A DNA stretch of 64,000 bases, taken from NCBI RefSeq assembly GCF_009914755.1, contig NC_060928.1, one strand, 5' to 3'. The DNA is from the human T2T-CHM13v2.0 reference genome, Homo sapiens. The position numbers and the translations under genes were made by a program. The notes beneath the pieces were generated by a model, which was not told where the DNA came from, made no database searches, and saw only the letters and a program-made list of their open reading frames with translations. This document shows, one piece after another, positions 1 through 13,179 of this stretch (position 1 is its first letter; each line of letters starts with the position of its first letter).

Positions 1-1344
1 ATTAGCTGTATGGGACAATAGGGCTGGTTTCCATTTCATCTCCTCAGTCCATATGACAAACAGTAACATAACAGTATTGGCCTCAGCATGGAAAAATTAC
101 TATTTTATACTGTCCTCAAAACTATGTAGGGGAATTGGTGGTGATGTTGAAAAAGAGTACAAAGTTGGTAGAAGTTTAGGAAAGTAAAAACTAGAAAGAC
201 AGTTTTATAAAAGCAAGTCCTTCGAATTATCTAAAGAATACTTCTCTTATGCTATTCAGTGACATTTTTCTCACTGTTACCAATTCCTCAACACCTCACT
301 CATGAATTTTTAAATTTGAAAGTATCCGTTGTACCTTATTAATCTGTAGCCACCTTAATGTAAGATGCTGGAATAGTGGTCAGGCCTCATGGGGAAGGGC
401 ACATAATACATATTTAGGCCCTATACCCAGGTCAAATTGTTCTGTGTGAGGGACATGGCATGCATGAGCAGCAAGTGGGCAGAGATAGTTAACAGGGAGA
501 GGGAGTCAGCTTGCCATGGAGGGCTGTGTGCAGGAGACAAAGAGGAAGGTATTTCAGGTGCTTCTCAGAGGGGAAAGAGTCAGGAAAACAGAGATATTCC
601 TAAAGCCAATTTTAGAAAACTTTCTCTATGGTTTACATGCACTCAACTTCAAGATGTTTAATAATATCTAAATTATTCTATTAGTTCTTTGAGTTCAGAC
701 TTTTCTCTCTTCATTTGTGACTCTGCAGAGTTTGGGCCCATGAAGGAGCGGAAAAGCTCTGTGGGACCCATACATGATTCTGTTCCTTGACATTTTTATA
801 TAGAAGGCATTTTAAAATTGTTTTTTTGACTCAACAAACTACTTGAAAGTAAAGAGTAGTAAGCATGCAGTCCTGGAAATAAAACAATAAGGTCTGTTTT
901 TTTTCCCTAAGAAAAATGGAGATGTCAATGTGAGATGACTTATTTGTGGTTATATTTAGATTATCTCATAAAAGATTAACTCACAAAAGATATTTAGAGT
1001 ATCTCACAGAAGAAAAAGGTTGTATTTAGATCATCCCACAAAAGAATGCAATGCATTCCAAATTCTAATGTTTAGCAGGGAGATATTAAATAAATATATA
1101 CAATAAAAGATGATTACTAAAAAATAGAATATATTATTTTATTCAAAACACAAAAGATTTATAAGAGCACAAAAATGGTAACTTTCTATTAACACCTGTT
1201 AATAGCAAAACTGAATTAAAGGAGTTGTGGCAAGATACCCCTTGTTGGGATGAAATTCAAATCTACATCACGTGGGTGACCCACACCCATGAACAGCAAC
1301 TAGCCCTTCCCCACAATGATGCAGCAGCTGATGTAATAAAATTG

Positions 1345-1570
1345 AAAGTTGTGTGTGTGGGTTTGTATATGTATAAACATATATGCTTTTATATATACTT
1401 ATATGTTTTCCTTTGCAGGATATATGTGTATGTGTATATATGTATGCATGTGTTTCTGTTATCCTATAAAATATACACACATATATACGTTTATCCTATA
1501 AAAACATATATATTTATATAAACATATATATGTGTTTTTTTGTAGGATATACACACGTACTACATACACA
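1345..1570. repeat. (TA)/(TG)-rich low-complexity tract
   Basis: Degenerate TATG/TATA/CACA runs; accounts for the Y/I/V-rich spurious ORFs 1225..1521 and 1268..1480. Confidence 0.8.
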
Positions 1571-2851
1571 TAAAATAATGCATAATGAAGTTTTAGTTGA
1601 GTCTCAATAAACTTTCAATCTGAGACCAAGTTTTACCCCTTTAAAACCTTGGGACTGGTTGCAAAATGCCAACATTGATAGGAAAAGTTTTGTAAAATGA
1701 AAATTAACATGCACTGCTGCCCATACTCTTCACTTCCTCTAAACATATGATGAAACAGAGATTGCTATGTGAGAGTATTTAAATCAAAGAGGATAATGCA
1801 CTGTCTCAATAAACAGAGATAACATTTCAGTTGAGTTTTGAGACTAAGCAGAAAGTTTTCAAAGAAAAACAGAGAAAGGGCATTACCTATTAGAAAAAAA
1901 AAACAGAATTGCTTGGAGTCATCAACATAGCATGAAATTCTTGAGGACATGGGTTGCTTCTAACTCATTCATGGACAGTCAAGCAAATAGATGTTGCTTA
2001 TCTTCTGTATTTCAAGATTGTTTTTTAAATTGTTGTAAACACTGAGCAAAAGGCTAAGTATTCCTGAATTATAAGGCAATGTTTCCCTGCATAAGGAATA
2101 ATTTAGTGGTGAAGATGAAAACATATAAAAAGACTTTTAGCAATTTGAAATAGCATTTAGAATTACATGTTCTGAGATGTTAGAGAAAGAGATACGATGA
2201 TGGCAAGAGAAGAAATCTCAGGATGGGGTAGAATTTAAGCAAGTGATAAAGAGGATGGAAAGGCATTGTCAGTGAAGGATGCCCAGCAGGGCTACCATGC
2301 TGTACAGTTCTATAACACAAAAATCCAATGGAAATTTTGCTCCAGGGAGAACTATTTGCATAGACTAAAATGAGAGTATATCATTCACAGTCACAAGATT
2401 TTCAATTTAGAGCATCAGAGCTTGTTTAAGGCCTATGGAGCCAATTCTTCCTTTGAGTTTAGGATCAAGCAACCCTCACATGGAATCTCTCGAGGGTCCT
2501 GAAGGTCACTAGCTTTCTGTGCTTTGTTTTTGCTGATCCAGCACTTAGAATTTTCATTTCCATTTGGAAACCAATAAATCAGCATATCTTGCCAGAGGAG
2601 TTGAACCTCTTAAGATGCAATCAAATTGCTCAGTCAGAATGACTCCTGAAAATTGATCTGCACATTGTTAAGCGTGGAAGAGAACTTTCACATATCTAAT
2701 GAATATATATTGCTGATGTATAGGATAATGCTAGCTGGAGCTTGCAGGATTGAGTTAAGCTGTTGTAATTAGAAGATCTGAGTTTATCTGTACCAAGTAA
2801 AACAGAAGGTTATTCATCAGTAATATTTGCCAATTATATTTGTATTATTAT

Positions 2852-3433
2852 TCAAGGAAGAAAAAAATTTGCTTTTCCTCTAACCATCTTAAATTTATTG
2901 GCTATGGCCTTGCAAATTAGACTATCAAAAGACAGGTTAATGAAAGAAAAGTAGAATTTTGTTAATGAGTGCATCATGTATACACACAAGAGAATTCAGC
3001 GATCAGTAACTCAAAGTGGTGGTTAAAACTTGGGCTTATATAGCATCATAAGAAAAGACCAATAAATTTGTAGGTAAGTGACAAGATAAAGGAAAGGACT
3101 TTGAGTTTCTAGGGTCTGCAAATTGTGAGAAGGTAATGCATATGGGACAACTAATGGTAGATAAAGACTAGTTAGTAAAGTTTCTTATGTAGATTCCTCT
3201 GTTGCCATCTCTTGGCTAATAAGGATTTGGAGTTGTCTCCAGCAATTAATTTATGGTCTTCCTGATAGAAATGGGAGGGGAAAACACCTAAAAAATGAAT
3301 GTCTTGTCTTTAGGCAAACAGGGAGAGACCAGAAACTTCTTCTTGTATCTCTTTCTTCTCAATTTCCTTCAGCTCAAAATAGTCTACATGCCAAAGAAGC
3401 ATATTTTGAGGTGGCATATTCTGCTGCTTTTCA
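2852..3433 (-). mobile_element. ERV1 solo LTR, MER34/MER39-like
   Basis: Reverse complement starts TGAAAAGCAGCAGAATATGCCACCTCAAAATATGCTTCTTTGGCATG, resembling the recalled MER34-group LTR 5' end; length ~580 bp. Confidence 0.65.
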
Positions 3434-4023
3434 TGTAATCAGTGTGTTTGCTGATACATTGTTTTGTAATTATCTTCATGTCACTTTGTATGTTTGTCAT
3501 CCTTAATCAATGTTAGAAACAATAAACATAAAATTTATTTAAAATTTCTGAAGTACTTCCCTTGGTGCTTTTTACAACACACCAAAGGTTTTTAAGTTGC
3601 TTTGTTTTGATTTGTCATATAACTTTTTGTCCTTATTTTTCGACCTACAGAAATTATCAATGAATAATTTTCACCAAAATTGAGTCTTTGAAACTATTTG
3701 CATTTTAACATATTAATTTTGTCATTCAATCCATGTTTCAAAACAATAGCATTATCAATTTATTGTTTCTCAGTTTTCCTCATTCCAATGCTGTCCAATT
3801 TCTTTGCTCAGGCCCGGCCCAATCTCACAAAAAAAGTCCTAAAAAGATCATTTATCTCCCTATAGACCATTAAAAGACAGTTGAGAAAATGACCACCTCT
3901 CTTGAGATGCTACTTCCTCCTTGACAAAGCAATATCTACCTAATTAATTTAATCAGATTATCACAAAGACTAAGAAGGTATGACAAGGTATTCCATGTGT
4001 CTTGTGTTATTTAGAGAAAGGTG

Positions 4024-4026
<3 letters not shown>

Positions 4027-4106
<80 letters not shown>
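4027..4106. repeat. Compound microsatellite (TG)n(TA)n(GA)n
   Basis: Directly visible. Confidence 0.97.
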
Positions 4107-4110
<4 letters not shown>

Positions 4111-5184
4111 GCATGATTTTATCTGCTCATTATTCCCTTAGCTCTTATGTTAGCAGACTGGTTTTCAGCTTGTTTGCTCTGAATCAAGTAAACATAATGT
4201 CAATGGAGTAATTGTGGGATTCAGATAAAAGAAGAACAAGTGAATTGGCAAACACTAAAATCACTAAATAATATTTGAAGCTAATGAAAATGAGGAATCA
4301 GTCTGCAACTGGGAAATCTAAGAATAGTATCAATTTTTTCTTGCAGACTTTAGCACTAATTTCTCTCCTCTTCAACTTCAAGATGTCATGTAAAATGTCA
4401 TTTGTGCATGTTTTGCTAAACGAACAAGGCAATTGGCATCCCTTACTGTCCTGGTGGAAAGGAACGCAAAATTCCCCATCATAAATGGAGTAATCAGGTA
4501 AGTGTAATAGAATGCGTGCTTTTAGAGTTTTGTATTGTTATAAACAGAAAATAATAGGGACTTTTTTGTTATTATTACCAGCTTAAGAATATTCAAATGC
4601 AATAATTTCTAAAATACAAGTTGGTAAAGGGAATTGAAAAATGAAAGGAGTCATTAAAAGAGGGTGGTGAGCAAGTCTAGTAAGACAGCTGCAGTGCATT
4701 GAATTATAGTTTAATTGTTTCAAAGTTTTCCTCAGAACGCTTAGGGGAGAATTGCAGGCATATTGGAGAGGAAAGGCCAAGCTGTGCTAGGCATATTGAA
4801 TTAAAGTATTCTAAACTTCTCTACATATATTATTTTTCCATGTGCTTTTTGTAGCCTACAGGGAAAGAAAAAAAAAAAAGAGTAGACACCCCTCAATATC
4901 CCATGCCCCAATTTTTAGTTGAAAACCCTCAAGAACACTTTGTCGCTTTGATCTTGCTCTATAATTATGGTATGGGCTTTTTAATGGATAGAGACAGGAA
5001 AAAGTCAGAAGAATAAACTTCTCATATCACTTTACTCAGAAGTTGTTTTAAATCACAAATTCCTTCTTGATCCCTCAAGAATTGCAGAAGTTGAGGCTGA
5101 TGTTAAAAAAAAAACATTAAGCTTGTTCACATTTATGAAATTTTGAAAGTCAAGAATGTATATAGGAAAGGAAATATCTGCACT

Positions 5185-5360
5185 CACTTGTGGTGGCAGC
5201 TCCTTCTGGTTCCCACAAGCCCATTGTTAAATGTTCAGGTATTTTATGAGCTGATTGTTAAACTATTGGTAGCTTTAAATTGGGCTTGGCAGCAATATTT
5301 ATAACATGGATATTGATAACTGCTACACATCAGCCTCCCAGTTTACCAGTACTTCAGCAT
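5185..5360 (+). mobile_element. MER63A-like hAT-Blackjack DNA transposon relic
   Basis: GCCCATTGTTAAATGTTCAGG...TTGTTAAACTATTGGTAGCTTTAAATTGG resembles the recalled MER63 consensus. Confidence 0.6.
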
Positions 5361-5736
5361 GCTGCCAGGAGAAGCAGCTAGAGTAATGGTGACAGCCATT
5401 TGGAACTTAGGTACTTTAGGCAAAACACTCCAGTGTGAGAGGGTTAGTGTTGCGCCCTGCATGATCATCACAGCAGGAACTCAGAAAGACATGAATAGTA
5501 GGACGAGCCAGCAGAAGATAATGCAACAAGAAAGATATAGATATAGATATAATTATAATATATAATAATTATAACATATATTACATATAATATATATAAT
5601 TATTCCCACTCAGGAATAACTTAAAGTAGTTATTCTTAAAGTTCCCCCAAGTGGGAATAACTTAAAGTGGTTATTCTTAAATTAGTTATTCTTAAAGTTA
5701 ATTTAAAGTACTCTAACCACCAATGACTGATGCCCA

Positions 5737-6119
5737 TCTTATGGTTTGAATGTTTGGGTCCCTCTAAAATTCATGTTAAAACTTAATCTCCAATACAACA
5801 TTATTACGAAGTGGAACCTTTAGGAAGTGATTAGGCCGTGAGGGCTCCACCAGTGGGATCAGTGCCTTTGTAAAATGGCTTGAGGGAGTAAGTTCATGCC
5901 TTTTGCTAAGTGAATACATAGCGTTTGTCCCCTCCACAAGACACAGCAACAAGGCACGATATTGGAAGAAGACAGCAAGCACTTACCAGACACCAAATTT
6001 GCCAGTGCCTTGATCTTCAGCTTTCTAGCTGCCAGAAAAAAATGAGAAATAAAATTTTGTTCCTTGTAAATCGCCCTGTCTGTGGTATTTAGTTATAGCA
6101 GCAGGAAAGGACTATGAAA
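5737..6119 (+). mobile_element. MaLR solo LTR, MSTD/MSTC-like
   Basis: TATGGTTTGAATGTTTGGGTCCCTCTAAAATTCATGTT start; GCCAGTGCCTTGATCTT and GAGAAATAAA; TGGTATTTAGTTATAGCAGCA end. Confidence 0.85.
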
Positions 6120-6489
6120 TCATCCCTAGATAGGAAACTTTGGTTTTAAATAACACCATACTTGATGATCTGTTTAACTGTATGTTTAATTACCTGTTGT
6201 ATAAAATTGTATGTGATTTAACCAAAGTTTCTGTCTACTTACTTTTCTCCCAAACAGTTCTCTTAATGGTGTTCTAAAGCCCAAATTTCAAAAAATTCTT
6301 TTAGGTTTTGTTAAACCAAAATCAACCTGAACCTTTTGGAGGTCACTTCATGAGGTTTCTGTAGACAGTAGCCTGACAGGCAACTACTCAGCTACTTACT
6401 CAGGCAATATGAGATCCCCAGCAAATTTAATTTTGTACTTATGCTCATGAGTGATGAGTTGCAAGATATATAGCCAAAACAGATTTAAA

Positions 6490-6725
6490 ATTATAGTTAA
6501 CACTTGTATGCTGTTTACTACTAACTACATGTATTGACACTTAATTCTCATAAGAACCTGTGAATTAATTACTGCTATTTTAAAGATGAAAAAGAAAATA
6601 ACCAAAAAATAAAAATCTGAGTCACAGGAGTTTACTTACCTTGCATAACACTCACATCAGTAAGTTTGCAGCAAGGCTTTGAATCCAGGGGGTTCAACTC
6701 CAGAAGCTAAGAGCTTAATTACTAC
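6490..6725 (-). mobile_element. MIR SINE
   Basis: Reverse MIR core: CTATTTTAAAGATGAA...CTGAGTCACAGGAG...TTTGAATCCAGG...CTCCAGAAGC. Confidence 0.65.
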
Positions 6726-8149
6726 ACCGATGCTCTTCAGGGAGCCGTAACATTTTGTGACACTGGAAATGCTACTGGCTAAGAATCTTCAAATTTAAGT
6801 GCCCTTTTCACTAGAATGAACTGCACATTATATTTTTTCTTTTTATTTTTAAAGAATATTAGAGTACATGCAAAGATTTTGACATCTATATCATTTTCTA
6901 TGACTGTTACAGTCACATATACATGTGAATTTAATCTAATTCCGTTTGATTTAATAGATGGTTAAGAACTTACTAGAAACTACACACTCTACTAGGAACT
7001 ATGAAGAACAGAAAAGTAGTTTTTAGCATATCTGCACCAGAGATTATTACAATAGAAGTTGAGAAGCAACACATATACTTGGAAGAGTTGGAGTTTGAAA
7101 CAAGATAATATACAATGAAATACCTCCTTTAGGAAAGTTGGTATAAAAGACAGTATTAAATCTACATGGAACCCATAAAAATTCTTATAGAAAGAACATA
7201 AGGCAAAATAATTAGATTTCAGTTAAATAAATGAAAAATAAAATATCACTTTGATATAACATTCTTTTGTAGAGTTATATAGAGGATGAAAAAATAAATT
7301 ATGGTAATAAGATATTTTCTTAAAAAAGTAGATACTGAAGGAAGAAAATCTAGACGAGATAAGAAGATAAAAAAGCGTTACACAGAATACTAAATAATTG
7401 AAAAAGAGAGATGTATAATGCAAAAACAAAGCAGAGTCATAAGTAAAATACAAAGCTGAGGATATAAGGGAGAAATATTAAATAACAAATTCAAAAGGTG
7501 CCAGTATTCATTCTTATGGGCTAAGACAACTGAAATAGCAGCACTGCCAACTCTTAGACTAGCCTAAAAAGTAGTATGGGTTCTATTCAATGAAGAAGAG
7601 TATTTTAAAATAATACTAATAAAAATATATTCTAAAATTAAGTTATTGATATTTGCTTTTAATTTAACTTGTATTTGAATTAAAATTACAACAACTTTAT
7701 TGAATTGGAAGGCATATAAGATCAGTTTCTTAACTAATCTCCACATTAATGGAATGAATGAGGACCTATTAGGCATGTGAAAGTTGAAGATAGCAACCAG
7801 GGCCTTTGGTGTTATTTTGGGAAATAAATTAATTCAGAAAAAAATTGATAAATTTGAGATGTAGCAAAGTACTTTCCAATAAATTAAAAAATGGACCAAA
7901 TATTTTTTAAGACCTGGAGATATACATAAATAGAGCTAGAGGAGCATGTATGGGAATGGAAATTTTAGAAGAATCAAGCAACTTTCATGAAAAAGGTAGC
8001 TTAGTTTTGACCCCATTAAGACATTTAAAGGCAAATTGATAAAAAAAAAAGTAATGACAAAATCCTGAAGTCTATTATCAAGCTGACTTTTATTTATTTT
8101 TAATCATAAGTATACAGAGATTAGGTTAATGGCATAAAGCATTTTTTTA

Positions 8150-8560
8150 GAGTAAGCAGCCCTAACTGTTGCAACAGAAAAATCCTAGACATTCAGAATC
8201 ATAACAAATAAGTGCAGTGTCCAACATAGGTCCAGCAGCCCTCATTCATCCTGCAGTTACACCATCTGTAATACTTGTTCTCCAGGATGACCACAGTAGA
8301 AAAAGTGAGACCTGGAGATTTATGCAGATTTCTAAAAATACTCCATGACAAGTAATATTACACATTATTGCCATGACAAGTAATAGTACACATTATTGCC
8401 ATCAACATTCCATTGGCCAAAACTCAATCTCCATGACACACCTGAATAGCAAGGAAATATCAAATTCATGGGCACACAAAACTCAGCTTACTGCATGCCC
8501 AGGAAGAGAATATACCAAAATGACAAAAATCATTGTTTATCCCACTATATATTATTAGGA
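8150..8560 (-). mobile_element. Old MaLR LTR (MLT1J/K/L-like) with a 28-bp tandem duplication at 8343-8402
   Basis: ACATTCCATTGGCCAAAACTCAATC and ATGCCCAGGAAGAGAA motifs; CCATGACAAGTAATA(T/G)TACACATTATTG x2. Confidence 0.5.
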
Positions 8561-9842
8561 TATGAGGTTAATAAATAAATTTATGCTTGGAGTATATTCT
8601 GCTTCTCATTACTCATGACTAGGAAAGAAAGCCTAGCAAAGGGATAAATTGGAACATCTTATCACCGATGTCTTCACTATGAATCTAGAATACCTCCAAG
8701 CAGAGCAGAGTGTCTGAACAATAAATGACAAACTAGTTTTTAAAGGTAAGATGGTGCTATTAATACCAACAGTTTAGCTTACCAAATACCAGTTGTCAGA
8801 ATGAATTTATATATAGTCTCTCTGTATACACACTATCTTAAATCCTTCAGTCTCTATGTCCCTGTACCATTCTAGGTTGCAATGTGGTCACTTTTAAGAT
8901 GTACCAAGAGGTCCTCCAATGTAGAATTACCTGATCATTCCATGGAGAAAGGCATACTACAAACAATAATTTGATATCCTCCTTAGAATTCTTCAAAATT
9001 TGTCTCCAATCTGTGCTCAGCTTTGATAACTACTGCTTACTCTTTGAAACTATCTCTCATAAATTCTTCCTATTTTTATTATACAAATAAATTTACCACT
9101 GGGATAGTGCACTTCTAAATGTGAATACTTGGGCTCATAACTTCTGCCAGAAAAGAAAAAGGCCCGATGAAGCTACCTGGTCTCATTGTTTAGAAGAAAG
9201 AGGTATAGTAAATAAATGTGTAGATATATTTTTCTGTTTTACTGAGAAGGAGTAAGGGAGGAGAGATAACTGTCAGGCTCGGCAGATCAGAGGACTCTAT
9301 CTCCACAATAATTGGGTCAAGGATGTACAACATCTCCAATTATCACAACATGTTCAATTAGAGTGATACCTGGAATTTTTCTGAAACTGTTAAGCAAGAT
9401 ATAGCCTGTCCTCATTTGCCAAACTGGGATAATAAAAGACAGTAGCTAAAGAGGGCCCTTGTTCCATGATATACAGAAAACCTAAGAATGAATTCAATAG
9501 CAATAGATAAAATACCTGGGAGAAGAAAAGAGAGAGAGGGAAGGGGAGAGAGAGAGAGAAAAAGAGAGAGACAGCGAAAAAGAGATTCACTGAATGAATT
9601 CTATATTCTTCCACGTTTGAAGCCATTTCTAAACTTTTCGATTATTGAGCTAATACATACCTACAATATGTTATTTAGCAATTCACATAATGGGTTGTGC
9701 ACATGATTGATACCTATCTATTGTGAATAAAATTTTTAAAGTTTACAAGATAAACATGTACATCAGTAAAATCAAAAGGTAAATATCAATAACTACTAAA
9801 TTTTAAAGAACAATATTTTAGAAAAATTTTTGTGTCAGGTAG

Positions 9843-10237
9843 GATCTTATTTCATTTTATTCTGCTAAAACAGAATGTCACATACTGTAATTTGTGTAGG
9901 ACAGAAATTTATTTCTCAGAGTTCTTGAGGCTGGGAGGCCAAGACCAAGGCACTCGTGTCTGTTGTCTGGTGAGGGCTACTGTCTGCTTTCAAGACAGAC
10001 AGCACCCCTTGAGTGCTGCAGCCTCCAGAGGGAAGAAACTCTTGCCTTCACAAGGCAGAAGAGCAGAAGAGAGAACCCATGCCTGCAAGCTATTTTTATA
10101 GTGGCATTACTTCATTCATGAAGGTGGACCCTTCAGGACCTAAACATTTCCTATTATACTCCACTTCTTAACACAATTGCACTGGGGGTTAAATTTCAAC
10201 ATGTGTTTTGGAGGAGGAAAGCGTTCAAACCATAGCA
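9843..10237 (-). mobile_element. MaLR solo LTR, MSTC/MSTD-like
   Basis: CAGAAATTTATTTCTCA, CTGGTGAGGGC, end TTCAAACCATAGCA; 5-bp TSD GGTAG at 9838-9842 and 10238-10242. Confidence 0.85.
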
Positions 10238-10568
10238 GGTAGTATTTAAAATGGGCTTGCATTTATACAGTCCTTTGTACTTAAAAAGATTTCCCATAGA
10301 TTAGCTAATTTCACTTTTAAAAAGTTCTACAATAGTTATTATCATCACACTCCACAAAGAGTGAACTTGTGGATCACAGAAAGAAAATGATATTCTTAAG
10401 GTCACATAATTGGAACTTGAGCAAGAACTCAAATCAATGTTCTCATTTCCACGGTATGATTCAAAATATTCATTTTAGAGCTGAGAACTACAAACTCTAC
10501 ATTTAGCATAATCACATATAGTCAAGAAAGGTTACTTCCAACTTAAAAAGTAATTATACTGAAAAAGC

Positions 10569-11054
10569 TGTCCTGGCTTGAGTTCACTTGAAAGCACAAC
10601 CTGAGCTAAGGACTTGGGTACAGGTATTTTATTTGGGAGGTGATCCTGGGGAGCTAGAGTAAGAGAATACAGAGAATGAGACAAGGTAATATAAAGACAG
10701 TTAAGAGGGAATATTTGAGCTTGTCATCAATGTGGGCAACTGGGACTGAATTCCTCTGAAGACTCTGGTAAGTCCTGTTGTATGTACACAAAACTTTCAC
10801 CTGAAGGATTGGAGGCTGCGGCTTTTACCCACCAGCTCTAGATTCCTGCTGTCTGAAGTCACCACATGCCTCCCTTTCTTTAACACTCCCAGGACCCCTG
10901 TAGGCCCAACTGCATCTGGACTCGGAGAGATTGACTCTGCTGCCTAGAGAAAGACCTGAGACAGAGGGTGAGAAGAATTCAGATTATAACTGCAGCAGGA
11001 CTCGGAGGCAGAAATATGAAGACCTGGCACAGGACACCAACAGTGTCTGCTACA
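10569..11054 (-). mobile_element. ERVL solo LTR, LTR16 family
   Basis: TTTATTTGGGAGGTGATCC near one end; the other end reads TGTAGCAGACACTGTTGGTG on the minus strand. Confidence 0.7.
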
Positions 11055-12450
11055 GTCATTCCTGAAATAGTCTGATGTTAAAGTGAATGTGTTAAAGTGA
11101 ATCTCATTACTTTTGAGATTGGACATGTACTTGGAAAATAGAGAGACAAAGAGTAATGGAAAATTTTATATCAGATCTCATAGAAAACAGATGACATACT
11201 TTTCTCCTTATCAATTAAAGTTCAGCACACATCTCTCCAAAACAATGTGTAGTTCCCAAGAGATTCAATTTCCAGGTTGAATGATAAATAGAATTATTCA
11301 TAAGCAAAGAATGAAAATGAATGAAAAATTGTTATATATGGATATAAACATGTTTCATCTCTGTCTTTAATTAGAACTTCTAATATCACCACTATAAATG
11401 AATAATACTTCATGACTAAATTACCTTTAACATATACTTCAGGAGAGCAATATCTTTTGGATGGTAGACTAAAATAAATATAAGTGTGCTTCAAGAGAAA
11501 TGCAAGGACTTCTTACATGTTTTATGGTGCTACACGTTAAAGGTAAGATAAATCATATAATGTTAAATTTGAAATATGTACAGAAATCAAGTTTGTATAG
11601 TTTCAAGTGAAATTAAAATTGTAGTAACTTGTCCTTCTGTTTAAAATATTCTATTTTTTATGGCCTTAAAAGTCTTTAAAGCACCAATAATATTTCCAAA
11701 ATATTTATAACACATTTTAATATTTTATTTGCATTAAGGTCAGGACAAAACAACGAGTGATTTTTGTGGGGCAAGTCATTTATTAGTAGTTACACTTTTT
11801 CTAAAGCAGTATTAACTATACCAGTCATGTATTTCTTATTGAATTCAGTTGTTACTGATTTTAGGAATTAATACTACCTCCAACCAGAAAATTGCTTAAG
11901 CACACCTCCTAAAACAATCTAACTTGAAGTAACTTAAGAAAAGCAATTTTAAATACCAGAGGAAAACTATTAAGAAGAGAGTTAGTATTTAGAAATGTGA
12001 CAAAATTTTTAATAAAAAGACTTGAAATAAGATTAATTTTATGAATCTTTCCTATTAAACCACAAATGCTTCACACAGAGATTACAGTGCTAGAAATAAG
12101 ATGACTCAGCTAGTTCTCAATATAAAGTTATATCTGTACAGGTATATATGAATAATTATATATAATATAATTCATATATAATTTCAAAATGTAAATCAAT
12201 TTTATTAAGCTACAATCTGCATTCAATAAAATGCAACCATTTTGAAAGCACAGTCTGACAAGTTTTGACAAATGTATCCCTGGGACCACTACCAGAGTTA
12301 AGACATAGAACATCTCATCACCTCAAAAAAGTTACCCTATATACTTAAGCAGTCAGCCCCCTACCACTACGAAAGTCCTGGATCCAGGAAACCACTGTTA
12401 TGTCTTTTGTCAGTGTAGATTATTTTTGCAAATATCTGCAATTGCAAATA

Positions 12451-12528
12451 CTAGGTTGGTGCAAAAGTAACTGTGGTTTTTTATTAAAAATAGTGACAAA
12501 GACTGCAATAACTTTTGCACCAACCTAG
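12451..12528. mobile_element. MADE1 (Hsmar1-derived MITE), 78 bp
   Basis: TIR CTAGGTTGGTGCAAAAGT ... ACTTTTGCACCAACCTAG flanked by TA on both sides. Confidence 0.95.
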
Positions 12529-12672
12529 TAAATAAAATTATATGTATTGTAATCTTTCTTGCCTGGCCTCTTTTGCTCAGCATAATGTCTTTGAGATTTA
12601 TCTATGTTGTTGTATTTATTTGTAGTTTGTTTCAGTTTATTTCAAGCAAGAATTCCATATTACAAATATAAC

Positions 12673-12880
12673 CAGTGATGTGATAAGTGCTTTAAAACCA
12701 GCTTTCTGTTGGCGGGGGAAGTGAGGATCCTTGATGTGTAACTTGTCAGTTTATATGGTGTAACTCTTCCTACCAATGACAGATACAAACTACCAACATG
12801 ATATAACCAGCTGGCAAAATTTTTGAAAATTTAACAATAGGCTCTGGAGGGTGATAATAAGCTAGCTCCAGAACATCATT
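12673..12880 (-). mobile_element. MER63A/B-like hAT-Blackjack element
   Basis: Ends CAGTGATGTG ... GCTCCAGAACATCATT; internal AAAATTTTTGAAAATTTAACAATAGGCTCT. Confidence 0.65.
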
Positions 12881-13179
12881 ACATGTAAATCAATTTATCT
12901 TTCAGTGGTTTATCAATGTTGTTTCCAGTTTTTGGCTATTGAAAAGAAAGTTGATATGATACCTTGGACCAACATGTGTTTCTTCCCTTAAGGTAATACC
13001 TTGGAGTGGAACTGCTAGTTCATATGGTAAGTCCATGTTCAACTTTATAAGAAAACATTAAGTTATTTTCCAAAGAAGTTTTACCAGTTTACAATTGGAT
13101 CACACTCAGATTCAGCAAATCACAGGTAGCCTCTACAGCTATAACAGGAGCTCTTTATGGGAGAGGCATAGAGATGAAG

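Larger units (their letters stand above)
12195..13095 (-). mobile_element. L1M (L1ME/MD-like) 3' fragment interrupted by MADE1 and MER63
   Basis: AGTTTTGACAAATGTAT, ATAGAACATCTCATCACC, TTTTGCTCAGCATAATG, GTTTCCAGTTTTTGGCTATT, GAGTGGAACTGCTAGTTCATATGGTAAG. Confidence 0.75.

Noticed and set aside
4490-4505. Consensus splice donor CAGGTAAGT (another at ~34321)
   Set aside because: Isolated 9-mers are expected by chance; no supportable exon. lncRNA exons cannot be excluded without transcript data.
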